A stretch of 39,420 bases of DNA, taken from the IMG/VR virus record IMGVR_UViG_3300025594_000002; one strand, given 5' to 3'. Of this stretch, positions 31,478-39,283 are shown one piece after another; the stretch's first letter is position 1; each line of letters opens with the position of its first letter. Under the pieces are notes generated by a model. That model searched no databases, had not been told where the DNA came from, and saw only the letters and a list, made by a program, of their open reading frames with translations. The position numbers were made by a program, and so were the translations under genes. This stretch comes from a virus.

Positions 31478-32719
31478 TTATACTATCATTCGTGTTGCGT
31501 TGGTAGCTGGCTTGGTAACTGGGTATTTATAGTGTATTAGATAGCCGCTTGCGTCGTTTGTGTGGTCGTTTCCTGCTGATTTATCTGGCTCGCCTGCGTT
31601 ATTATATACTTGCTGCTCTAAGTTTGCAGCATGTGTTGCGCATCGCTTGACGTTTACAAAGTGCAGTTGTTTAGTAAAGCTATTATTCATTGCCAATATT
31701 CTATCTTTAACAAATGGGTTCTTGTTCTTTGCAAACACTTGAAAACCTGCCTGCCTTAACAATTGGATTGATGATTCTGAAGCACCTTGCGCGTTTCTGT
31801 TTTTGCCGCTTGCATCTGGATATATGTTTATTTGACATTGCTGATACCTCTCTTGTATTGAGTTGATCATGCTTGGCGTATCATACCCGCCTGTTATCTC
31901 GTCAATGTCATAACATATCCCTTTCCTGATAACCGCAATAACTGCGCTCATATTGCAGACGTTGAAATCCATACCTATATGAAGTGACTCGCGCCCATCC
32001 CATGTTGCATCAGTATTATTTCCCACTCTGTCAAATTCAGTGTAAACAGTTCCACTCGTAAGGTTTACAAACTCGCCCTGGATATAAGCGTTTATTAGTT
32101 CGCCAGGGTAAGTTTCTTTTAGCGTATCAATGTAATCATCAGGTAAGTATTTCTCATTTTCGTATGTTGAAGCCTGCACCATTGAATAAGATTTAGTAGG
32201 GTCTTTTTTAAACTTAGAATATACGAACAGAAAACCCTCTGGGGTAGTTGTTACTCCAATACCGTTCTCTACTCCATCAATTTTAAGTCTTAGTCTTGCT
32301 ACTATCTTATTCCATGCTTTGCTTGCTTTATCTTTATTTAGAACGTCAATTTCATCAACTAGCGCTCTTGATATTTTAAAGCCAACTATTGATTGCGGGT
32401 TATCCATAGACCGACAGATAACAGTGCCATAATAAAACCCATTCCTATAAACATGCACCTCTTTGTTGGCCTCGCGCACAATAACGGTATAGCCAAGCAT
32501 GTGGGCGGCCTCTTCAAATGTAGGATAAAATATATCTCTCATTGAAGGAAAGCTTATTCCAAAGTACCCCTGCTTTGTACCTGGATGCTTGCCGAAGAAA
32601 TTAAGCAGGTCAATGCATCCAATAAATGTTTTTCCTGAGCCGAACCCGCCAACATAAGCCCTATATTTTGTATTCAGCCCGTTCAGGAATATATTTTGAG
32701 GGGCGCTAAGGATTGGCAT
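31478..32719 (-). CDS. terL: Terminase large subunit.
   Basis: 413 aa. Walker A GGFGSGKTF, Walker B-like LVDEID, and a C-terminal nuclease-like region. Confidence 0.88.
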   Translation of the reverse strand: MPILSAPQNIFLNGLNTKYRAYVGGFGSGKTFIGCIDLLNFFGKHPGTKQGYFGISFPSMRDIFYPTFEEAAHMLGYTVIVREANKEVHVYRNGFYYGTVICRSMDNPQSIVGFKISRALVDEIDVLNKDKASKAWNKIVARLRLKIDGVENGIGVTTTPEGFLFVYSKFKKDPTKSYSMVQASTYENEKYLPDDYIDTLKETYPGELINAYIQGEFVNLTSGTVYTEFDRVGNNTDATWDGRESLHIGMDFNVCNMSAVIAVIRKGICYDIDEITGGYDTPSMINSIQERYQQCQINIYPDASGKNRNAQGASESSIQLLRQAGFQVFAKNKNPFVKDRILAMNNSFTKQLHFVNVKRCATHAANLEQQVYNNAGEPDKSAGNDHTNDASGYLIHYKYPVTKPATNATRMIV

Positions 32720-33176
32720 TTGTTGTCTTTATTTCACCTACTGGATCTGATACTTCAAAGTTGATTGTTAGTGGCTGCGCTTCTCCGCCGTCTTTATTGT
32801 CTTCTTTTGGTTTGTAGCGCTTAGCTGCTAACCTTTCTGCATCCCACTCTATCGCCCTTATCTGCTCTTTGACGAGAGTAACCCACACATTACCGTTTAC
32901 GCCTTCTGGTAATTCTTTAATATCATTAAATGCTTCACTTATTAACTCATGTCTTTCTTCCGCCTTTAGGTGCGTTCTAAATTGAAGTGCCTGTGCATAT
33001 TGGTATGAAAACTCAGCGTTTTTTGATAGCCAAGTATTAACAGTTGCCCTAGGTGGCATGTTATCCATTGAGCATATCTTGTGTACAGATAAGCCTGACA
33101 TTATAGACTCGCATAAGTCATCAGCTATTTTTTGAGTGAACTTAGTTGGTCTACCGACGGTCTTTGGCTTAGCCAT
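32706..33176 (-). CDS. terS: Terminase small subunit.
   Basis: 156 aa. N-terminal HTH (GRPTKFTQKIADDLCESIMSGLSVHKIC). Overlaps terL. Confidence 0.75.
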   Translation of the reverse strand: MAKPKTVGRPTKFTQKIADDLCESIMSGLSVHKICSMDNMPPRATVNTWLSKNAEFSYQYAQALQFRTHLKAEERHELISEAFNDIKELPEGVNGNVWVTLVKEQIRAIEWDAERLAAKRYKPKEDNKDGGEAQPLTINFEVSDPVGEIKTTNANP

Positions 33177-33222
33177 GTAATCCCCTTTAGAGATTAACCG
33201 CCTTTTACAGCGGTTTTAGTTG

Positions 33223-33684
33223 TTATGCAGTGACGGTAGCGTTTACTGTTCCGTTAGCGTTAAATGTGATTGTTAAATCATTATTAACAAGGTCTACCGC
33301 TGTGGTGCCATCAGTAGTTAAATCAATTGCGTGGTAGCTTCTATTGCCTGCAGTTGAGTTAATAATTAATACGGTTTTACCTGTTGTTGGATTGCCCGCT
33401 GCTTTTAACATGCTTACATCAGTAAAGTCTAATGATGATACGCCAGCCGCTACCGTTCCAATTGCCCAGGTAACACCAGCTAGCGCATTTCCGCCTGCTG
33501 TGTAGTTGCCACCAGCAGCCACTTCTGTGAATGACGCTAATGTTGGATCAACAGTTGTTTTTAATACAGCCGCATAAGCATCGGTTACGATTGCATACTT
33601 AAATGAATCTGTTGAATTATTGTAAAGTTTTAACCCTGCGTTGTAAGGGTAATAATCGAATGTTTTTAAGTCGCCACGTGCCAT
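33223..33684 (-). CDS. Hypothetical beta-rich (structural-like) protein.
   Basis: I chose the start at ATG 33684 (AGAGGA upstream, just after the upstream stop at 33689). The track extends the ORF to 33792. Confidence 0.55.
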   Translation of the reverse strand: MARGDLKTFDYYPYNAGLKLYNNSTDSFKYAIVTDAYAAVLKTTVDPTLASFTEVAAGGNYTAGGNALAGVTWAIGTVAAGVSSLDFTDVSMLKAAGNPTTGKTVLIINSTAGNRSYHAIDLTTDGTTAVDLVNNDLTITFNANGTVNATVTA

Positions 33685-33688
33685 GGTT

Positions 33689-35305
33689 TTATCCTCTAAA
33701 ATTAACTGTTGTTGAATCTGGTTTAAATGTTGAGCCGTATATGTCATCAGCAAATCCGACACCAACAACACCGAATGATTGCCCGGCGGCAACCGTTACG
33801 GTTGTATTATCACTAGTATAACTGATTGTTCCAAGTGTTGCATTAACGTCGATTAAGCCAGCTAGTGATACAACAGCATCATTACTTGAATACGATATCG
33901 TACCTAGTGTAGCCGGTACGCTAACCACGCCTTGCAAACTGATTACTGTGTCATTGCTCGAATACGTAATTGTACCCAATGTCGATGACACAACGATAGC
34001 TCCACCTATTGAAACAATCGGACTTACAGATGTATAAGTAATTGCACCTAGTGTGGCTAGTGCATCTACTGAGCCTGTTACGTCAACCGTTACATTGCTA
34101 CTTGAATAATCAATCGTTCCGAGGGTCGTTATTACGTCTACTGAACCTGTAATGCCAACCGTCGTGTTATTGCTTGTGTAATCTATCGCGCCTAATGTGA
34201 CTATTGCGTCAACACTTCCACTAATATCAACCGTTGCATTGTTTGAGGTGTATGCAATTGTTCCCAGTGTGGCGGCTACATCAATTGAGCCTGTGATTGA
34301 TACAGTCGTGCTTTGACCTGTATAGGATATTGTTCCCAGTGTTGCGGGTACTGTTATCGCACCCCCCGCATCCTCCGCAATCCACCAAGAGCCTGTTGCG
34401 TTAATATTATCAGTTTCTATTTTGGCTTGATTTTCATAAATGGGAGTATTTGAAAATGCTATGCTACTAACTGTGATGGTTGTACCTTCAAACAAAGATA
34501 CAAAGCTAGACCATGTTTGCCCTACTGTCCCTCCGTTATAGCTAAAATACTCAACACCATCCCTGTAAATCTTAACTACGCCATCTTGATTGGTTAAGTG
34601 ATAAACAGCCATACCAGCTGTTGTACTAAACGCTGTGGTATAACCGTTGGAAATAGTTCTGTCTCCGTTATCATACCTAGATTTAGCTTGGTCGTTTGAG
34701 TCCTTGCGCTGGAAGTAAGCATTACCAGAATCTATTATTTGACTATTGTTAGCATGAGAAGAAAAGTCAGCTATAAAACTTAAAGTATAACTTTTTGTGC
34801 TTGCAGGTATTAAACTATCTGCATCTGAAGAATACAAATTACTTGATGCTGGAAGTGTTACGCCTTTACCTGTTGTGGTATCTACCCCCTGTGTTACAGA
34901 GCCTTGGTATATCCAGCTAGTATTCCCTACACTGTCTATCGGATTTCCAGTGGTTTCTTCAAGCTCTAAGTTGAATACCTTATCTTGGTGAACTGCCTCG
35001 CTTCCATACGGATCGGATGCTAACGGCTGCGAGGCTGTGGCATTATTGCCCCATACCCCTACTATTACGTCCACTGCTACATTGATTAGCCTTGTTTTAA
35101 CTAAGCTATCATTTATTACATGTATAGGAAGTTGGTTTGTACCATCATGTAGCCTCAAATCGCCTAAGTCAGCTCTTAAACTACCCGTGAACGGGGCTAG
35201 TGCTTGCGAGTTAATTTCCAGTATTGTAGCGCCAGAAGTAGCTCCACCTAAGCTTGGTACTTTTAGTGTGCCTAGTAGAGTAAAGCCCTCAGTTGATAGG
35301 CTCAT
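33689..35305 (-). CDS. Large repeat protein: N-terminal DUF2341/LamG-like region plus eight 24-aa tandem repeats.
   Basis: 538 aa. TLG(T/A)I.Y(T/S)S motifs at residues 322, 346, 370, 394, 418, 442, 466 and 490. Confidence 0.7.
   Translation of the reverse strand: MSLSTEGFTLLGTLKVPSLGGATSGATILEINSQALAPFTGSLRADLGDLRLHDGTNQLPIHVINDSLVKTRLINVAVDVIVGVWGNNATASQPLASDPYGSEAVHQDKVFNLELEETTGNPIDSVGNTSWIYQGSVTQGVDTTTGKGVTLPASSNLYSSDADSLIPASTKSYTLSFIADFSSHANNSQIIDSGNAYFQRKDSNDQAKSRYDNGDRTISNGYTTAFSTTAGMAVYHLTNQDGVVKIYRDGVEYFSYNGGTVGQTWSSFVSLFEGTTITVSSIAFSNTPIYENQAKIETDNINATGSWWIAEDAGGAITVPATLGTISYTGQSTTVSITGSIDVAATLGTIAYTSNNATVDISGSVDAIVTLGAIDYTSNNTTVGITGSVDVITTLGTIDYSSSNVTVDVTGSVDALATLGAITYTSVSPIVSIGGAIVVSSTLGTITYSSNDTVISLQGVVSVPATLGTISYSSNDAVVSLAGLIDVNATLGTISYTSDNTTVTVAAGQSFGVVGVGFADDIYGSTFKPDSTTVNFRG
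33782..34360. repeat. Eight tandem 72-bp coding repeats.
   Basis: Exact 24-residue periodicity counted in the translated protein. The copies are diverged. Confidence 0.85.
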
Positions 35306-35958
35306 TAAGCTAACTCAACACCTAAAGTCAAAGGACTAATCAACCTCAACTCACGAATCAACGAGTTACTAGCTGGAATCATCCCGCTTGAGTATGTGCT
35401 TTGCTTATACAGAACGCTCACACTTGCAACATCATGCCACTCTGTTAAATCCTCGGCTGTATCACCAAAGCGTTGTTGAATATTTAGCTTGGTTACCTTG
35501 CGAGGTGCTGTGGTGATTGTTAACAATACTTTATGCTGTCCAGTATTAGCTGGTAGAGTGATTGTCTCACCTACGTCTTTTGCTTCATCGAAGTCTAGCT
35601 GTGTAGCATCTGCGTGTGGGTAACTTGATGTAAGCGCTAATGATAACAAAGACGCCTTCTGCGCTTCTGTCATTATTCCTGCTGCAACCATAGTATTAGC
35701 TGCTGTCAGATTGCCTTGGCCTTCTGCTGTTGCAGTATCCAAACCAAAGAAACTAGACGCATCACTAGCAGTAACGATTACTGCATCAGCTAAAGCGAAT
35801 AATGGGTTAGCAATATCAGCTTGAATCTGTCTAAGTGTTACCCAGATACCATTGTTAACAAAAAAGCCTCTAGCTTGGCCTGAGCCAATTTGCTTTTTGT
35901 CTGTGATTAGCTCGTATGCTTGTGCTTCTGCGAGTGTATTAAAATCTGATAACTGCAT
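35305..35958 (-). CDS. Hypothetical protein.
   Basis: 217-aa ORF whose stop codon shares one nucleotide with the next gene's start (35305). Confidence 0.6.
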   Translation of the reverse strand: MQLSDFNTLAEAQAYELITDKKQIGSGQARGFFVNNGIWVTLRQIQADIANPLFALADAVIVTASDASSFFGLDTATAEGQGNLTAANTMVAAGIMTEAQKASLLSLALTSSYPHADATQLDFDEAKDVGETITLPANTGQHKVLLTITTAPRKVTKLNIQQRFGDTAEDLTEWHDVASVSVLYKQSTYSSGMIPASNSLIRELRLISPLTLGVELA

Positions 35959-35987
35959 TTTATTAGCCTAATTATTACAATTATCAG

Positions 35988-36016
35988 ATTATACCATTAG
36001 CGAAGCCTCATTTCAC
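35988..36016 (-). promoter_or_regulatory. Extended -10 promoter (GTGAAA-17 nt-TGGTATAAT) ahead of the structural-like genes.
   Basis: The minus strand reads tggtataat directly after the dut stop. Confidence 0.3.
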
Positions 36017-36299
36017 TAGATAGAATGCCAGCATGGCCACGGCTAGTTCTGTCCAAATCATCAACGATGTTTATTTCCATATCTGCGTAGTGTTTTTGTA
36101 CGATTAACTGAGCCACTTTATCACCTGTTTTTATTTCAACCGGATCAAGCCCAGTGTTTAATAATGACACATGTATTTCTCCGCGATAATCACTGTCTAC
36201 AACACCCGCTAATATATCAATGCCCATTTTAGACGCTAGCTTGCTGCGAGGCCATATCAAGCCAACATACCCACGAGGCATTGAAGCCAAGCTTAACAA
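35997..36299 (-). pseudogene. dut: dUTPase lacking the N-terminal ~65 aa (motif I absent, motif V degenerate).
   Basis: Motifs II-IV are present (WPRSKL, GVVDSDYRGEI, GDKVAQLI). The C-terminus reads RGHAGILSS instead of RG..GFGS.G. There is an in-frame TAA 13 codons upstream of the TTG start. Confidence 0.7.
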
Positions 36300-36700
36300 G
36301 TTTTGTTTTGGCTTTTCCTGTGTCTGTACGCCATGTTTTTAAGCGTTCCATATTTGATATCTAGTAACCTGCCAATGTCAGCTAATGATTTTGATTTATC
36401 GCCATTATCAAGAGCTGTGATCATATCAAGCGCCTGTTGATTCTTCTTTGTTCTGATTGACTTGCGCTCGGGCTTTATAGATTCATACCTTACTTTCCAC
36501 TTGCTTTTTGCTTTAATCTCTCGCTGTAATCTCGCTTCAAGCTGTTCAACCTGCTTCTTTAGCGCTTTTATTTCGCCTTTATCTTCCAGGTAATCGTCAA
36601 GCCCTATACCTGGGTAATGATCGCCTTCATTGCCATTTTGCATAATAGCTTCAATTCTTGTTTCATCACTGGGCCAGTCTTTAGTTTGTGGGTATTTCAT
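36293..36700 (-). CDS. Hypothetical protein with a C-terminal HTH.
   Basis: 135 aa. Coiled middle, then SLADIGRLLDIKYGTLKNMAYRHR, which is HTH-like. It occupies the space where the dut 5' third should be. Confidence 0.55.
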   Translation of the reverse strand: MKYPQTKDWPSDETRIEAIMQNGNEGDHYPGIGLDDYLEDKGEIKALKKQVEQLEARLQREIKAKSKWKVRYESIKPERKSIRTKKNQQALDMITALDNGDKSKSLADIGRLLDIKYGTLKNMAYRHRKSQNKTC

Positions 36701-37137
36701 TTAGACCCCAAAAAGCCGAAGTATGCAGCACTGCGAGTGTCTTCATTGCTTCTGCCTGTCCAGCCTGTTACACGTTCAAACTCTGTCTTGCTTGCTTGGG
36801 TTTTCCATTTGCTAGATACTTTATGCAGCACAACTTTAATTTTAAAGTGTTCACATATACGCTCTATTTCTTGTTGTGCGTGTTTGCATTTACCAACAGA
36901 TTCTGAGTATTTAGCTTTTACCTTCGCATTAGGTAAGCTTTTCCAGCCAAAAGAGCTGCACCGATTACCGTTTAAATTCTCAAGGTGAACAGACCCTATA
37001 CTTTGACGCCACTCTTCACAGAATAGATAGAATTGAATAGTTGTGAAGTTGTGTAATGCTCCTAGTTTGCCGTTTTCATATAGTGCTATTCCGTTTTTAA
37101 CTGAGTCCGGATCAATTCCTATTATTAGTTTATTCAA
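36697..37137 (-). CDS. RuvC-like Holliday junction resolvase.
   Basis: 146 aa. IIGIDPDS at the N-terminus and NEDTRSAA near the C-terminus. TTG start with GGAGGA upstream. Confidence 0.6.
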   Translation of the reverse strand: MNKLIIGIDPDSVKNGIALYENGKLGALHNFTTIQFYLFCEEWRQSIGSVHLENLNGNRCSSFGWKSLPNAKVKAKYSESVGKCKHAQQEIERICEHFKIKVVLHKVSSKWKTQASKTEFERVTGWTGRSNEDTRSAAYFGFLGSK

Positions 37138-37307
37138 ACTATATCCTCCTGCTCACAGATTGCCCTAGCCATATCTATAAACTCCTGCTCTAGCTCGTAT
37201 TTTCCATAACCAAAATCAATACCGATATGGGCGACAGCTTTTATTATTGATAGCATTCTTGTTCTTTCTGGATCGATATTTCCTTGGTCTATTATTACTT
37301 TATCCAT
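37134..37307 (-). CDS. Hypothetical small protein (57 aa).
   Basis: Hand-translated as MDKVIIDQGNIDPERTRMLSIIKAVAHIGIDFGYGKYELEQEFIDMARAICEQEDIV. RBS AGGGGGTG. Confidence 0.5.
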   Translation of the reverse strand: MDKVIIDQGNIDPERTRMLSIIKAVAHIGIDFGYGKYELEQEFIDMARAICEQEDIV

Positions 37308-37308
37308 G

Positions 37309-37704
37309 TCACCCCCTAACTATTGCGTTGATTATGTCTTGGCTGAATGGTATTTCATAACCGTCTGATTTCATTGTTGTAATCATGTCATCAAATACAA
37401 AATCATCACCAGCAAAGTGTTCTCTAAAGGCTGCTGGTCTTAGTGTTTTGTTGTACTTATGATCGCACATAACATTATGCAATTCATAAGGTATTGGCAT
37501 TATTGCCAGCTCTCCAACCTTGACAGACACAAGATTAATTTTTCTTTTAGCTTGAGCGCCTAGAATATGGTCTAACTCAAATCTTGATGTGTCTGAGTAC
37601 TCACCAAACCAAACATCAAGCCAATCTGTGTTATTCGCAAAATCTGCCACTATCCCGCGCCATTTCAATTCTAATGCTGTTGGGTTCTTTCCTTTGCTAA
37701 TCAT
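37309..37704 (-). CDS. Hypothetical protein with a weak His-Me/HNH-like pattern.
   Basis: 131 aa. The only hints are ELDHILG ... YELHNVMCDHKYNK. Confidence 0.5.
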   Translation of the reverse strand: MISKGKNPTALELKWRGIVADFANNTDWLDVWFGEYSDTSRFELDHILGAQAKRKINLVSVKVGELAIMPIPYELHNVMCDHKYNKTLRPAAFREHFAGDDFVFDDMITTMKSDGYEIPFSQDIINAIVRG

Positions 37705-37715
37705 GCCTATACACC

Positions 37716-38129
37716 TTATTGTTCTTTGTTAGGCCATTCTAAAGATATTCCTAACTTGGTTGCTGTGTGACGGTTTAACGTCTCGTATATTTCTGGATAA
37801 TCTTTAGTGCTAACCCTTGCCGTTGACGTTTCTTTTTTTAAAGCCTCTTGAATTGGCCTCCACATGAAATCTTTAACTCTTTCCATTGTCCAATTGCATT
37901 CAGTTTCTTTCCTGTTAACTATGATCACAAATCCAAATCCAGCGTCATTCATAGCCTCAGCTAGTAGGCCGCAATAGACATGCAATGCTTTATTTTGCAA
38001 TCCTGTCCTTTGCTTATCGTAGTTAGGTGTTATCTGTAGCCACTTACGATCATTAAACTCTTTAGTTAAAAAATCCTTAGCCGCTTGCAGCGTAGCTTCT
38101 GAGTTAATTGTAAATGGCTGTTGTTTCAT
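37716..38129 (-). CDS. NinB/Orf-like recombination protein (tentative).
   Basis: 137 aa. KQRTGLQNKALHVYCGLLAEAM resembles lambda NinB RNRSLDQNRKLWACLGDV. Confidence 0.45.
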   Translation of the reverse strand: MKQQPFTINSEATLQAAKDFLTKEFNDRKWLQITPNYDKQRTGLQNKALHVYCGLLAEAMNDAGFGFVIIVNRKETECNWTMERVKDFMWRPIQEALKKETSTARVSTKDYPEIYETLNRHTATKLGISLEWPNKEQ

Positions 38130-38530
38130 TCACCTTGCTCCTTTAGTTCCTCGTAACGTTTAACCCAGTAAGCAGCATAAGCAGCAGCATAAGCAGCAGC
38201 ATAAGCAGCATTAGCAGCATCAGCAGCAGCATAATAAGCAACATCAGCAGCAGCATCAGCAGCAGCATCAGCAGCAGCACGAGCAGCAGCACTAGTAGCA
38301 GCATCAGCAGCAGCATTATAAGCAGCATTAGCAGCACGAGCAGCAGCATCAGCAGCATCAGCAGCATAATAAGCAGCATTAGCAGCATTAGCAGCAGCAT
38401 AATAAGCAGCATCAGCAGCAGCATCAGCAGCATAAGCAGCAGCAACATTACGGTTATCGTCTAATTCTTGTTGTGTAACTGAATCATTATCAGCTAACCA
38501 CTTCTTTACTAGTTCAATATGTTTGTTCAT
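38126..38530 (-). CDS. Ala/Asp/Asn/Tyr low-complexity repeat protein, paralog 2 (134 aa).
   Basis: Same conserved ends as 1325..1552 and 39011..39283, with the longest central array. Confidence 0.7.
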   Translation of the reverse strand: MNKHIELVKKWLADNDSVTQQELDDNRNVAAAYAADAAADAAYYAAANAANAAYYAADAADAAARAANAAYNAAADAATSAAARAAADAAADAAADVAYYAAADAANAAYAAAYAAAYAAYWVKRYEELKEQGE

Positions 38531-38727
38531 TCGCCTTGCTCCTTTTTTATAACGCCTGTCTCATTTAGTAATAACGTTTTCCATCCCATACCACTTTGTA
38601 CAGATACTTGTAGTCGCCGTTCATCGGATAAGTGGTGCTTATTTATAAAGCAGTAAAACACGCCAATCTCCCCTGCGTATTTTCCTCTGAGGATAACAAC
38701 TTTGTCACCTTCTTTGTATTTAGTCAT
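38527..38727 (-). CDS. Small KOW/SH3-like protein.
   Basis: 66 aa. GDKVVILRGKYAGEIG resembles a KOW motif. Ends in KEQGE. Confidence 0.5.
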   Translation of the reverse strand: MTKYKEGDKVVILRGKYAGEIGVFYCFINKHHLSDERRLQVSVQSGMGWKTLLLNETGVIKKEQGE

Positions 38728-39014
38728 TCGCCTTGCTCTTTAGCTTGGTTGAGTAGGTGCATGATATAGTTTTCAGAGCAATTTATATCCGTTTGGTTTA
38801 TGATTTCGGTAACACCTTGAATGTGTTTGATATAATCACTAATACCCTTAGCTTGTTGGGTTAGGTCACGAGCAACACGCTCTTCCTCAAGCTCTGCAAT
38901 GCGTTCACTAAGTGCGCTCACTGTTTTTTCGACCTTATAAGCTGAGTAGACTTCTTGATACCCGTCAAAGTCCTCGATTGACTGCGGCGCTCCTAATCTT
39001 GGTATGTCTATCAT
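38724..39014 (-). CDS. Hypothetical early protein with an RDLxQQAKG module.
   Basis: 96 aa. ARDLTQQAKGI is shared with 288..752. Ends in KEQGE. Confidence 0.6.
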   Translation of the reverse strand: MIDIPRLGAPQSIEDFDGYQEVYSAYKVEKTVSALSERIAELEEERVARDLTQQAKGISDYIKHIQGVTEIINQTDINCSENYIMHLLNQAKEQGE

Positions 39015-39283
39015 TCGCCTTGCTCCTTTAATTCCTCGTAACGGTTAACCCAGTATTTAGCATCAGCAGCAGCATCAGCAGCAGCATCAGCAGCAGCATC
39101 AGCAGCATAATAAGCAGCATAAGCAGCATAATCAGCAGCATTAGCAGCATTAGCAGCACGAGCAGTACGAGCAGCAGCATCAGCAGCAGCATCAGCAGCA
39201 GCACGGTTATCTTCTAACTCTTGTTGTGTAACTGATTCAGAGTCAGCTAGCCATTTTTTTACTAGTTCTATGTGTTTGTTCAT
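39011..39283 (-). CDS. Ala/Asp/Asn/Tyr low-complexity repeat protein, paralog 3 (90 aa).
   Basis: Same conserved ends as the two other paralogs. Confidence 0.7.
   Translation of the reverse strand: MNKHIELVKKWLADSESVTQQELEDNRAAADAAADAAARTARAANAANAADYAAYAAYYAADAAADAAADAAADAKYWVNRYEELKEQGE

Noticed and set aside
33782-34360. Regularly spaced 72-bp repeats here, and 6-bp repeats at 11771-11944, considered as CRISPR-like arrays.
   Set aside because: The units are contiguous with no unique spacers. They are diverged in a codon-preserving way, lie inside long ORFs, and no cas genes are present.
38143-38448. 101-aa poly-Leu/Met ORF (MLLLLMLLMLLLM...).
   Set aside because: It is an alternative frame of the GCT/xAT trinucleotide array. 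The frame with conserved N- and C-termini shared by three paralogs is the real one.
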